A program made the position numbers and the translations under genes. A stretch of 63,989 bases of DNA, counting the filler, from Thermoplasmatota archaeon (GTDB taxonomy: Archaea; Thermoplasmatota; E2; JACPAO01; JAHFTW01), in NCBI GenBank assembly GCA_041623215.1. It is 9 parts of 9 records of this genome, joined end to end, with 100 filler letters (N's around TTAATTAATTAA, not from the genome) between each part and the next. Parts side by side here need not be neighbours in the genome. Positions count along the whole stretch, not along the records: positions 23,137 to 30,613 come from JBFJXH010000082.1; positions 30,714 to 38,084 come from JBFJXH010000083.1; positions 38,185 to 45,531 come from JBFJXH010000084.1; 6 more parts are not named here. One strand, given 5' to 3'. This document shows positions 29,333 to 39,773 of the stretch, piece by piece (position 1 is the first letter of the stretch; every line of letters begins with the position of its first letter). Below the pieces are notes generated by a model. It saw only the letters and a program-made list of their open reading frames with translations, was not told the origin of the DNA and did not search any database.

Positions 29333-30259
29333 GTGGGCCTTGGGTCAATCGTGTTCTGGTCCGTCATCGGGACTACGCCATTTGCCCTCCTGGTAGCGAC
29401 CAAGCGACGCTACGACGTCGGGCTGCTGGCCAACCTTGCTCGCATGCTGCGAGAGTACCCGGCTCACTTGCTCCTCTTCTTCGCCATCTTGTTCGAAAAG
29501 AACTGGGTGGATGGCCTCAATGATCCGATTCGAGGCGTCTTCGGCGACTTCACGTGGCTGCTTGCTGAATTGGAAGGAACCCTAACCTACACCATTCAAA
29601 GCGCCCTGGAAACCGCCTGGCTCACGGCGTTCCTGAACATCCACTATCTGTGGATGTACGTGTTCATGAACTACTTCACCGTCCTGCTGTTCGCTTATGT
29701 GGATGACCGTGAACTCGCCAATTTAGCCGCGCTCAACTACTCGGTCATCTACTTGCTGGCGATTCCGTTCTACATTTTCTTCAACGTGCAGGTCACGAGC
29801 GACTATATTCCGGGCATGAAGAGTCTCCTGTACCACTCCGGGGCCGACTTCTTCGCCTTCTTTGTGGCGGGGGACCCGCTCGACAACGCCTTCCCCAGCC
29901 TGCACATCGCCATTCCGTTCGGGCTCATCCTGTGCCTGTACTGGACCATGCGGCGGCGCGGCTACACGCTGCGCGATTGGGAGTTTCGCGGTTACCTGTG
30001 GTTCCTAATCGTCAATACGGCGGTCTTTGGCTTCAGCATCCTCTACCTGGGCATTCATTGGGCCACCGACATTCCAGGAGGCCTGCTGGTGGGATTGCTG
30101 GGGGCGACCGTTGCTGATGAATTGCACTGGGGCTTCTTCGGTGCCTTCGAGCGGGCTCTAAAGCGGCCCTTGGATGCCTTGGACCGCGTGGTAGATTGGC
30201 TGAGTGGCATGGCTCGCAGGCGTCGCAAGCTTCCACTCGTGGGCGACGACCGTTCGTGA
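29333..30259 (+). CDS. PAP2-superfamily membrane enzyme (Aur1/IPC-synthase-like)
   Basis: NAFPSLH and YLGIHWATD motifs; multiple TM helices. Confidence 0.8.
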   Translation: MGLGSIVFWSVIGTTPFALLVATKRRYDVGLLANLARMLREYPAHLLLFFAILFEKNWVDGLNDPIRGVFGDFTWLLAELEGTLTYTIQSALETAWLTAFLNIHYLWMYVFMNYFTVLLFAYVDDRELANLAALNYSVIYLLAIPFYIFFNVQVTSDYIPGMKSLLYHSGADFFAFFVAGDPLDNAFPSLHIAIPFGLILCLYWTMRRRGYTLRDWEFRGYLWFLIVNTAVFGFSILYLGIHWATDIPGGLLVGLLGATVADELHWGFFGAFERALKRPLDALDRVVDWLSGMARRRRKLPLVGDDRS

Positions 30260-30319
30260 CGCAAGTACGTCCACGCACGCCAGGCCAGGGCTTTTGACGA
30301 CAGGTTTGTTACCAATGCT

Positions 30320-30613
30320 GTGGCGATGATTCAAGGGGCCCTCCGGGGGCCTGAAACGGTTCGCGACCGCATCATCGCCTACCTGCGGGACGCCAAGAGT
30401 GACAGCATCAGTGGCATTACCCGGCACCTGTCCGAAGGACGCGCTAAGCCGCTCCATCGCCTGACCATTGCAGGCCACCTGGTATCCCTCGCGGAATCAG
30501 GCGTGCTAAGGGAGCTGGAACGACCACCAAGCAAGCACTATGCCCTTGCCGATCCCACGGTTCATCAGGATCTGTATGCGCGCCTTGGCCGCATCGCGGC
30601 CAACGTGGTGCCG
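30320..30613 (+). CDS. Winged-helix DNA-binding protein (truncated)
   Basis: SISGITRHL..LHRLTIAGHL..LAESGVL..PPSKHY. Confidence 0.6.
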
Positions 30614-30713
30614 NNNNNNNNNNNNNNNNNNNNNNNNNNNNNNNNNNNNNNNNNNNNTTAATTAATTAANNNNNNNNNNNNNNNNNNNNNNNNNNNNNNN
30701 NNNNNNNNNNNNN

Positions 30714-32503
30714 CAGACGTCTGGCTCCATGGCTGTTCGCACCTCGGCCGGCCGCTCCTGGGACTTGTGGGCATCGAGACGCTCGGGCAAGGCAGCAAGC
30801 GCCGCATCGTCAAAGCCGGTGCCAAGTTTGCAAACGGTTGGGAACGTATCGGCATCGCCATCGCGCGCCGCCATGAGAAGTGCCCCGTACCAGCCAGCGC
30901 GGCGGCCGCGCCCGTGGAAGGCACCCACGACCACGAGGTCCATCGTGTCCACGAGATCCTCGGTGTAGTCGGTCTTGTACTTAATCCAGTCAAAACCACG
31001 GTTGCCCGCCTTGTACCCCCCGGACAATCGTTTGGCCATGATGCCTTCGCCGCCTTCTTGCACGGCCTCCAGGAACCAAGACTCGGCCGCCGCCACGCTG
31101 CCGCAAATCCGCATATGGGAAAGGCGGACGTCACCGCGGTCGCTCAACTGGAACAATTCGGCTAGCTGCTCGCGCCGCTTCAGATAGGGCTCATCCATCG
31201 TGGGCTTCCCGTCCATGGCGAGGCAATCAAACAGGAAAACGGCGACCGGCACCTCGTCCATCATGGTCGTGGCTCCGGTGCCGCCGTCGGCCAGTGCTGA
31301 TTCCTGGCGTTGGTCTTCCCCAAGTCCCGTTTTCCGTCCACGTCGCCGACTGAGCTCCTGGAATGGGCGAAGGAAACCTTTGGCATCAACGGCCACGCAT
31401 TCCATTTCGACAATGCAGTCGGGGCCCCGATGGGCTGCACGAAGCATGGCTTGCACGTCGGGGAATTGGGCGGTCAGTTCCTCCATGCGCCGGCTGAATA
31501 AGCGCACCGGCTGATGCGGGTCCCGCGGCACATGCGCTTGCATCCGAAGGCCGTCGTACTTGACTTCAATTGCCACCGCCTGAGCTTCGCCTTCGTCCCC
31601 GGAGCCGCCCTCGGTCCCGCCGCCGCTTGCGCTGGATGGCGTCGGTGTACCTCCCTCTGGCATTGCTTCCCCAATTTTGGCAAGAATTTCGTGCAGTGTC
31701 TTGAGGCGTTCGGCCGCCATGGGGCGCAGGGGAATGCCCAGGGTGATGGGAATCTCATCAACGGCGGCAAGGCCCTGCGACGCAGGCGCCGCATCCTCGT
31801 CCAATGGCCAACCCACTGCGGCGAGAGCCCGGGCGACTCGGGGAAGGTCGCTGCACCGGTCATACGCTGCTTCCAGGCGTGCCCGGGCGCCCTCCAGCAT
31901 CTGACGTTCATCGGCGGCGCGCTCGGTGACGGATTTGACCGTGGCATCGGCCAGCGTGCAAATGGCCAACGCATCTAGCACACCCATGTCGTTGACGCCA
32001 AGTCGTAGACGCCCTGCCACAAACCGCGTGATGAAGCGTGCTTCCAGGGGCGTGGCCTCCGTGAGCAACTTGGCCAAAAGCTGCTGCTTCAGGTCTTGGC
32101 TGCCGGCCCCCTGGGCGCGGGCGATGCCTTCTAAGGCCGCCACGACGCCGGCCACGGTTAGTGGCTCGGGCCCAAACAGGGTGCTTTGCCGTGATCCGCT
32201 GGTGGCCATGACTGCTTCGGCGGCCGACCCCAGGTCGCCTGTGTCGTGGTAGCGCTTGGTGACGCTTCCGGCGTCTGTACCGCCGGCTTTGGCAATCGCA
32301 CGCACCACCAATTTCTCGGCCAAGCCCAATTCCAAGCCTTCCCAATCTGGCGCAATCTTGCCGTCGAGGAACCGCACCACTTGGCCTAGCGTATCGCCAT
32401 CAGGGGCCGCCCGAAACAAATCAACGAGGATTGCGGTTCGCTCGAGGCGCTTCGTCGTAGCCTCCAACCGAGAGCTATGTTGAGCGACGATGGCAAAGTC
32501 CAC
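30714..32503 (-). CDS. lig: ATP-dependent DNA ligase (3'-truncated)
   Basis: TGDLG, LRLGV, PMAA, motif I EVKYDGLRMQ, EGIMAK, WIKYK, DLVVVGA. Confidence 0.95.
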
Positions 32504-32621
32504 GCGGCGGGGAGGCCGGGCTTCCTCAAAACTCGTCGCCACCCGCGACGTGGCAAGCCCGGGCCATCATGGCCGGCCCCATTTCCGGCTCTTCAAATAC
32601 CGGCATTCCAGATGGAGACTC

Positions 32622-34100
32622 ATGCATCCGATTGCCAACATCCGTGGCGCCACGAGCCAGCATCTCAAGGGGCGACGCATTGTGTTGGCGGTCACGGGCA
32701 GCATCGCCGCCGTCAAGACGGTCGAGTTGGCCCGCGAATTGGCGCGCCATGGAGCCGAAGTGCAGGCCGTCATGTCCGACGCGGCAACGCGCATCGTGCA
32801 CCCGGATGCCTTGCAATTCGCCACAGGTTTGCCGGTGATCACGCGCCTCTCTGGCGGCGTGGAACACGTTGCCATGATGGGGGATGTGCCCGACCCCGCG
32901 GACCTCCTGCTAGTCGCCCCAGCCACGGCGAACACCATCAGCAAGATTGCCCTTGGCATTGACGATACGCCGATTACCACGTTTGCCACGGTGGCGGTCG
33001 GCGCCAACGTTCCCATCGTGGTGGCGCCGGCCATGCACGAAGTCATGCTGGATCACCCTGTGGTTGCCGAGCATGTGGCCACCCTGCGCAACCGGTTGGG
33101 TGTTGCTTGGGTCGAGCCTGCTCGGGACGAACACAAGGCCAAGCTGGCGGATGTTGAGGCCATTGTAGAGACGGTGATTCGCCGATTAGCGCGCACCGGG
33201 GGTGTCCTATCAGGCCAGCGCTGCCTTGTGGTCACGGGTAGCACCGAGGAGCCCATGGATGCGGTCCGAGTCTTGACCAACCGGTCCTCCGGTCGAACGG
33301 GACGCATCATTGCGACGGAACTTCTGCGGCACGGGGCCGAGGTCACCATCTGGGAAGGCGGCACCACGGAGGCTCGGCCCGCGCACCTTGATGACTTCAC
33401 CACAACCTTTCGGCGGCACAGCGATTTACAGCGCCTGGCCGACGAGGCAGATGTAGGCGGCCTGGATCAAATCTGGATGCCCGCCGCTATTGGCGATTAT
33501 GCCCTCCAGGAGGCTTCGGGGAAAGTGGCCAGTGGACGCCCTGACCTGACCTTGATTCTGCGGCCACTTGGCAAGATCATCGAAACGCTGCGCGACCGCG
33601 TCCCACGAGCGACATTGGTGGCGTTCAAGGCGGAAAGCGACGTGGAGTCTCTGGTGCCGCGTGCCCGCGACCGGCTGCATCGCTATCGGGCACAGTTCGT
33701 CGTCGCCAATGACAGCACGGCGTTCTCGAGTCGCGACACGACGGCTCATCTCGTGACCGCTGGCAACGTCGAAACCTTCCGCGGCGACAAGCGGCGCGTA
33801 TTTGCGGACCTGGTCCTGGCCGTCGCAGGAGCCAACCCTGCCCCGGCGCGGCGCCCCCCGAGTCGCGTGGCCGACGCCCCACCACCCGATGAAACCAAAG
33901 ACGGCTCACCAAGGGACCCCGAATCCTCCGCCCCAGCTGACCCGTCGCATCGGGGCGCGGAGCACGCCCGCCCGGGCCAACCACCCGTGCGGGAGGACGC
34001 CGAAGGCGAGGCGCAGGCGTCGGCTAGGTTGTCCCCGCGCCCGCCACTGGCATTGGACCCGCTGAGCTTGCGTCGAAAACATCCGGTGGATGACTTGTGA
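32622..34100 (+). CDS. coaBC: Bifunctional phosphopantothenoylcysteine decarboxylase/ligase
   Basis: VTGSIAA, APATANTI, PAMH, DAVRVLTNRSSG, AAIGDY, FKAE, VVAND; disordered C-terminal extension. Confidence 0.92.
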   Translation: MHPIANIRGATSQHLKGRRIVLAVTGSIAAVKTVELARELARHGAEVQAVMSDAATRIVHPDALQFATGLPVITRLSGGVEHVAMMGDVPDPADLLLVAPATANTISKIALGIDDTPITTFATVAVGANVPIVVAPAMHEVMLDHPVVAEHVATLRNRLGVAWVEPARDEHKAKLADVEAIVETVIRRLARTGGVLSGQRCLVVTGSTEEPMDAVRVLTNRSSGRTGRIIATELLRHGAEVTIWEGGTTEARPAHLDDFTTTFRRHSDLQRLADEADVGGLDQIWMPAAIGDYALQEASGKVASGRPDLTLILRPLGKIIETLRDRVPRATLVAFKAESDVESLVPRARDRLHRYRAQFVVANDSTAFSSRDTTAHLVTAGNVETFRGDKRRVFADLVLAVAGANPAPARRPPSRVADAPPPDETKDGSPRDPESSAPADPSHRGAEHARPGQPPVREDAEGEAQASARLSPRPPLALDPLSLRRKHPVDDL

Positions 34101-35023
34101 GTACCGCCTTTGCGCCGGGCCACGTAACGGGCCTATTTGCCGTACATGACGACGCGCCTGACCCACGCGCACGGGGAAGCCGCGGCGCTGGATGGTGCAT
34201 CGACAAGGGTGCATGGGCCACCGCGAGGGAGTGCGCGGGGCCATCAACCGTCACCTTGCATTTGCCGGGGGGCATGCGCACTGAGCAAGCGCCGGTGACG
34301 CATGCTGCGCTCGATGCATTAGGGCTGACGCGCCAAGTTGAAGTGGACATTTGGATGGAATTGCGGCCGGGGCACGGCTTTGGCATGAGTGCCGCGGGTA
34401 CTTTGGCGGCAAGCATGGCGGCCCTCCACCTGGTGGGCCGAGAAACCGATGAAGCGTTGGCGGCCACGCACGTAGCGGAGGTCTTGCATGGAACCGGACT
34501 CGGAGATGCCGTCGGCAGCTGGTTTGGAGGCGGCGAACTACGCCTGGCACCGGGATGTCCGCCGCAGGGCCAAGTCATGCATGTGGAGCCGCACCTCGAC
34601 CCCATGTTGTTTTGCAACTTGGGCGACGCCTTGCCCACCCATCGCGTCATCACGGACGCCAAATGGAAACGCCGGACCCGCCGGTGGGGCGACACTGCGG
34701 TGGACCGCATCCTCGAAGGCGGGCGCCAAGATGCTTGGGTTAATCTACAACGTGAGTCGGCTGTGTTTGGCAAAATGTTAGGACTCATGCCGGAGCGAAT
34801 GGAACTACTGGGCGAGGACATGCCCGACGACGTGCTGTGGGGTCAAGTGATGCTTGGAAGTACCATGTGGGTGGCCGGTCAAGGCGGAGACTTGCATCGG
34901 GCGGAGGCGGTGCTGGAAGGTCAAGGCGACTTGTTCTATGCGCACCCCGACCCGAACGGGGCCCGGATGGCCCGAGGGGTTCCGGCTGCCGTCCTGGACG
35001 CGACCTCCACGTCGGCTCAATAG
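34097..35023 (+). CDS. Pantoate kinase (GHMP family, archaeal CoA pathway)
   Basis: AFAPGHVTGLF, GSRGAG, PGHGFGMSAA, HVAEV..GTGLGD; coupled to coaBC. Confidence 0.9.
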   Translation: MSTAFAPGHVTGLFAVHDDAPDPRARGSRGAGWCIDKGAWATARECAGPSTVTLHLPGGMRTEQAPVTHAALDALGLTRQVEVDIWMELRPGHGFGMSAAGTLAASMAALHLVGRETDEALAATHVAEVLHGTGLGDAVGSWFGGGELRLAPGCPPQGQVMHVEPHLDPMLFCNLGDALPTHRVITDAKWKRRTRRWGDTAVDRILEGGRQDAWVNLQRESAVFGKMLGLMPERMELLGEDMPDDVLWGQVMLGSTMWVAGQGGDLHRAEAVLEGQGDLFYAHPDPNGARMARGVPAAVLDATSTSAQ

Positions 35024-35153
35024 CACGCGGGCCAACGGAGGCCCACGGCCGCGACTTAGCGCACGGTCGCCCAAGCTTGCCATGGGTGGTGGCCCGCTGT
35101 CGGGCGGCGGTCTGCCGGTTGGCAGTCACGTGGCAGCACGCGCCTGGTGGTGC

Positions 35154-35825
35154 CTAAGCCGAAAAGCTGGTGGGCAACTTGAGCGCGGCATGGCGCTTCA
35201 TGATGTCGGCTTCCGCGATTGACCGGAACCCGTCTTGGTCAACAACGGCAATGTCCATGCCATTGCCACTCGCCGCGTCCCGGCGCATGGCTGCATTGAG
35301 CCCGCGAATTGCTAACTCAATGCCGCCCTTGGTGTCAAGGCCGGCTTCGTAGCGATCCTCCATGACCCCGTACACGAAGGCGCTGCCGCTCCCGGTGCAG
35401 GTCCATTCATCTCGGATGGAGCCGCCGGCGGAATCGACGCTGTAGACGTGTCCGCCGCGCAAGTCGTGTCCACCCACAATGAGTTGCACCCAATAGGGCA
35501 TCATCTTGGATCGGTTGAGGAGGTTCCCAAGCATGGTGGCGGCACCCTTGACCGGCATGGGTTGGTCCCGCTTGAGGCGATAGAGGGCGGCCTCGGCGGT
35601 GAGGATGCGGGCTAATTGTTGGGCGTCGCCGACCAAGCCAGCCGTCGTCAAGGCAAGGTGTCGGTCAACGGGAAACAGCTTCTGCGTCTGTTTATGGCCA
35701 ATCAAGTGCCCCAAGGTGGCGCGGCGCTCCGTAGCCAGGACGACGCCGTCGCTGCACGCAATGCCGAGCGTCGTGGTCCCCGTCTTCGCCTGCGGGGGCG
35801 CTCCGTCCGTGGTTGCATTCATCAC
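35154..35825 (-). CDS. psmB: Proteasome beta subunit
   Basis: Propeptide ending KTG/TTT, AGLVGDAQ, TGSGS, RRDAASGNG. Confidence 0.96.
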   Translation of the reverse strand: MMNATTDGAPPQAKTGTTTLGIACSDGVVLATERRATLGHLIGHKQTQKLFPVDRHLALTTAGLVGDAQQLARILTAEAALYRLKRDQPMPVKGAATMLGNLLNRSKMMPYWVQLIVGGHDLRGGHVYSVDSAGGSIRDEWTCTGSGSAFVYGVMEDRYEAGLDTKGGIELAIRGLNAAMRRDAASGNGMDIAVVDQDGFRSIAEADIMKRHAALKLPTSFSA

Positions 35826-35863
35826 AATACGTGCACCCGGCGCTCCCTTAAAGACGCCGGCCA

Positions 35864-36661
35864 GTGGGCGTGCCGCTCATGGCGTTACGCGTGTTGCCGT
35901 CCCTGCTGCGACTTCCCTTCCAATCCCTGCGGCGCCAACGCCATTCTAGGGCCGCCGGACGACGCAACGCCGATGTCTGCAAGGCGGCCGCGGGCCGCGC
36001 TGCGATAGTCGCCTTGTCCCTCGTAGCCATCGCCGTTGCCGGGTGCACGGCCACGGGACCAACGACCTCGGACGACGGAGGCGATGCGTCTCTTGGCAGC
36101 CCGGATTCAGCGCACCCAACGGCGCTGCAATCCTTGCCTGCGGCACGCGCCCTTGCCGACGCATGGCATCCGGATGCAGCTTTGGCCTTGGTCGCAGGCT
36201 ACGAGCGAACCGGCCCCCATGCACCGGGGGGCGGACCATTTTCGTCTGTTGACGCCGCCGATGATGGGCGCCTTGATGGCCGGGCTCCCGCGTGGGTGTA
36301 CGTGTTTGGGCCACGAGACGCGTTGACGACCGGCAGTCGCGCCAGCGACGACGGCTTCTGGGTGCTTATCGAAGCCGGCCAGGAGGCTCGGGGCCAGGAG
36401 GGCGAACTGCCCCCCATCGGTATGCCGCTGGATGCCGATGCGCTCATCAACTCTGACGCGGCGGCCCAGGCGGTCCGGGCCCATCCCTTCTTTGACCACG
36501 ACTTGGGCGAGGAGCCTGATGTAACCTACAACCTCGCCGACGTGGGTGCGCTGGGTGGGAACCAAGGGCCAGAATGGCGCATTGTTGTTCGCGGCGACCA
36601 AGGCGATGACCGCACCTGGCGGGTCAACGCTCACACGGGCGAAGTCAGCGGCGTCGAATAG
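35864..36661 (+). CDS. Lipoprotein with PepSY-like C-terminal region
   Basis: VAIAVAGC lipobox, DGRAPAWVYVF, WRVNAHTGEV. Start uncertain. Confidence 0.6.
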   Translation: MGVPLMALRVLPSLLRLPFQSLRRQRHSRAAGRRNADVCKAAAGRAAIVALSLVAIAVAGCTATGPTTSDDGGDASLGSPDSAHPTALQSLPAARALADAWHPDAALALVAGYERTGPHAPGGGPFSSVDAADDGRLDGRAPAWVYVFGPRDALTTGSRASDDGFWVLIEAGQEARGQEGELPPIGMPLDADALINSDAAAQAVRAHPFFDHDLGEEPDVTYNLADVGALGGNQGPEWRIVVRGDQGDDRTWRVNAHTGEVSGVE

Positions 36662-36706
36662 CGGGGCGGGCCAACGGCTTTGACGGGCACCGGACGTCGG
36701 CCCTTC

Positions 36707-37537
36707 GTGGCCACCGCCTTGCCTCCGCCCGTCGTCATTTGTGTTGGCACCAGTCACCCCGGCAACGTCGGGGCCATTGCGCGCGGGGCGGCCAACTTTG
36801 GCGTCGAGCAACTCCGCTTCGTGGCGCCCCGATGCGAGGTGCAAGGGCCGGAGGCGTTGGCGCGGGCGAAGCATGCCCGGGGCCTCCTGGAATCTGCCGT
36901 GATTGTGGGGACCCTGGATGAGGCCCTGGAAGGCATTGGACACGCGGTGGGCACAACGGCGCGAAGCACCCTGGCTGCCAAGCGCTTCCTTCGCAAGCCA
37001 GACGATGTTCGGGATTGGGCGGCGCAGATTGGACAGTCGGACACGGTGGTTGGCCTCGTGTTTGGGCGCGAAGATTCGGGTCTTACGGGAGATGAAGTGA
37101 ATCGCCTCGATGCTTTGGTCACGGTGCCGACGGCGGACTATAGTAGTCTCAACCTTGCCCACGCGGTTACCCTGTTGTGCTACGAAGTGCATCGCGTGCG
37201 GGACCTTGAATCGCGGTCCCCAGAGCGACAACTAGACCCCGCAACGTTGAGGCACCTGCATCGGGCCTTTGACGCCTTGACCGACACCGTGATTGACAAA
37301 CCGTGGACCCGCGATGCCAGCAAAGGCATGTGGCGGAAACTGATTGGTCGCAGCCAGCCTGACGACCATGAATTGCACGCCATTTTGGGGGTCTTCACGA
37401 AGACCTTGAAACGGTTCGATGTGGCTGGATTTGGCACCGCGCGAAGCCAGCACCGCCTGGCAGAGTTGGGTCTACTCGTTCCCACGGTGCCCGGCGGGGC
37501 GCAGCCCAGCGACCGGGCCAGGGACGAGGAAGAATAG
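36707..37537 (+). CDS. trmJ: SPOUT RNA methyltransferase, TrmJ family
   Basis: PGNVGAIAR..NFG, VGTTAR, LVFGREDSGL, YSSLNLAHAV. Confidence 0.88.
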   Translation: MATALPPPVVICVGTSHPGNVGAIARGAANFGVEQLRFVAPRCEVQGPEALARAKHARGLLESAVIVGTLDEALEGIGHAVGTTARSTLAAKRFLRKPDDVRDWAAQIGQSDTVVGLVFGREDSGLTGDEVNRLDALVTVPTADYSSLNLAHAVTLLCYEVHRVRDLESRSPERQLDPATLRHLHRAFDALTDTVIDKPWTRDASKGMWRKLIGRSQPDDHELHAILGVFTKTLKRFDVAGFGTARSQHRLAELGLLVPTVPGGAQPSDRARDEEE

Positions 37538-37538
37538 C

Positions 37539-38084
37539 ATGGCCTCGTGGGTCATCCACCTGGTTATTCCGGTCTTGCTTGCCTTAGCGTTTCTGCCGCA
37601 GCAGCGCCGGAGAGTCCTGCTGCTTGCGCCGTTCACGTTGCTGCCCGACGGCGACTGGCTGCTGCCCTTCCTGCATCGCGGGCCCACGCACAGCCTCCTT
37701 GGGCCCCTGTGGCTTGCTGCCATTGCCCTAGCAGTGGCACGAACGCGACGCGAAACCCCGTGGACCTGGAGTGGGCGCGTGGGGGCGTGGTGGCTCGCGG
37801 CCTTGTTTTGGGCTAGCCACATCCTTTTCGACCTGTTTCTTGGCGGCGTGCAAGCATTGTGGCCGCTGACGCCCCATAGCTACTACGTCTGGGTCGCGTT
37901 GTGGGTAGAAACCGCCACCAACCGGATGCATTGGGACATCGAATGGGGCATTGTCCGCGATGGCGTGCCGACCGTCTCCGAGCGCTACGCCTGGATTGGC
38001 TACAGCGACAGCGCCATCCTGGTCCTGATTCTCCTGACAGCACTCGCGGTTGGTGCCGTGCAAGGCCGGCTTTGGTGGCGGGCC
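37539..38084 (+). CDS. Membrane metal-dependent hydrolase (YdjM-like), truncated
   Basis: IHL, LLPDGD, HRGPTHSL, SHILFD, ALWP. Confidence 0.8.
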
Positions 38085-38184
38085 NNNNNNNNNNNNNNNN
38101 NNNNNNNNNNNNNNNNNNNNNNNNNNNNTTAATTAATTAANNNNNNNNNNNNNNNNNNNNNNNNNNNNNNNNNNNNNNNNNNNN

Positions 38185-39722
38185 ACGCCGGCCAGCAAGC
38201 CATGTTCGTCAAGGACTGGGAAGCCGTTGTGGCCTAAATCCAGCATTTGGTTGAAGGCGCGACCAGCTTCCATGTCCGCTGGCAGCGTGTCCACATCGCG
38301 GGTCATGATGTCTTTGACTTGGACGGTGTCGAGCGGAGACTGCATGCGGTCGTGGTCGTACACGATGCCGCGCTGGCGCAGGCGCACGGTGTAGATGCTG
38401 TCGCGCGACAGGCCAACACTCACGGCGTCGGCGGCCACAGCGGCGAACATGAGGGGGAGCACAATCGTGTATCCGTTGGTTAGCTCCGACAGCAAGACAA
38501 TAGTGGTGAGTGTCGCGCGGCCGGCGCTGGCATAGAAAGCGCCCATGCCCACCAGTGCATAGGCGGCGGGCGGTGCCGATTGAATGGGTGCAAACCAATT
38601 GATTAGCAGGCCCACCAGGGCACCGTAGAGAGCACCCTGGTACAAGCTGGAACTAAAGACGCCGCCGCCACCACCGCTGCCAATGGTGATGCTGCTTGCC
38701 AATGGTTTGGCCAGGATGAGCAGTGCCAAGAGTGGCACAATCAGCATGGTGGGTTCGCCGCGCAGAATGGCATTCACCGTGGCATAGCCGGTGCCGTAAA
38801 TGTGGAAGTGGCCGGTGGCCAGCATGATGAGGACGCCCAGCAGGCCGACCACCAAGCCACCAAGGGCAGGCTTGGTCCAGTAGGGCAACTGAATTTTTTC
38901 CCCAAGTTCGTTGGCGCCGGCCATCAACTTGATGAACAAGACGCCGCCGAATCCGCACAAGATGCCGAGGGCAAGGTAGGCTCCCAGTTCCCACGGCGAA
39001 ACCAGCGCGAATTCGGGAACAAGGAAGGCGGGCTGGTCCCCCAGGATGAAGGTGGCGACCGTCACACCCAGCACCGTCGCGATGACGACGGGAACAAAGG
39101 CATGGGTGCTGAACTCGGGTAGGATCAGTTCCATCGCAAACAGTACCCCGCCCAGCGGCGCGTTGAAGGTGGCCGCGATGCCGGCGGCCGTACCGGCGCC
39201 CAGCAGCACCTTAATGTCGCGGGCGCGGAAGCCGAGGCGTCGCCCGAGGCTGCTGCCAAGAGCTGCGCCGATGTAACCGATGGGCCCTTCTCGCCCCGTC
39301 GAACCACCCGTGCCAACGGTCACGGCACTGATGAAGGCGTGGCCCCACGCTGTGCGCCCTTTGATGATGCCGCCACGGGCTTGCACGGCGGCCATGACTT
39401 CCGCAATGCCTTGGCGGCGCGTTTCGGGGAAGAAATAGCGCACTCCTCCAATGATGATGCCGCCGGCAAAGGGCACGAGGAAGACGAGGAGGCCCCAGCG
39501 GGTGCTGAGAAACGTAGCGTCCTCTGACAATCGGAAGGAGAGTTTGCCATGGAAGGCGAGGTCCTCCACGAAGCTAATGGCGCCGCGAAACACCACTGCG
39601 GCGAGGCCGGCTAGAATGCCCACTAGGATGGCAAGCCCGTTGAGGGCCGTGAACCGCCTAGTCAGGAGCACAGGGCGGCGACCGCTGGGCGCATCATAAG
39701 GGGACGGTTTGCGGCTGACCAC
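38185..39722 (-). CDS. ClC-family chloride channel/antiporter with CBS domains (3'-truncated)
   Basis: GGSTGREGP, AATFNAPLGG, GGGGVFS, SIYT, CBS start VKDIMTRDV. Confidence 0.92.
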
Positions 39723-39773
39723 CTGTCAGGGTGGCGGCCGGCTCGCGCCAGCACCGGTCGTCTTACCCGGTCC

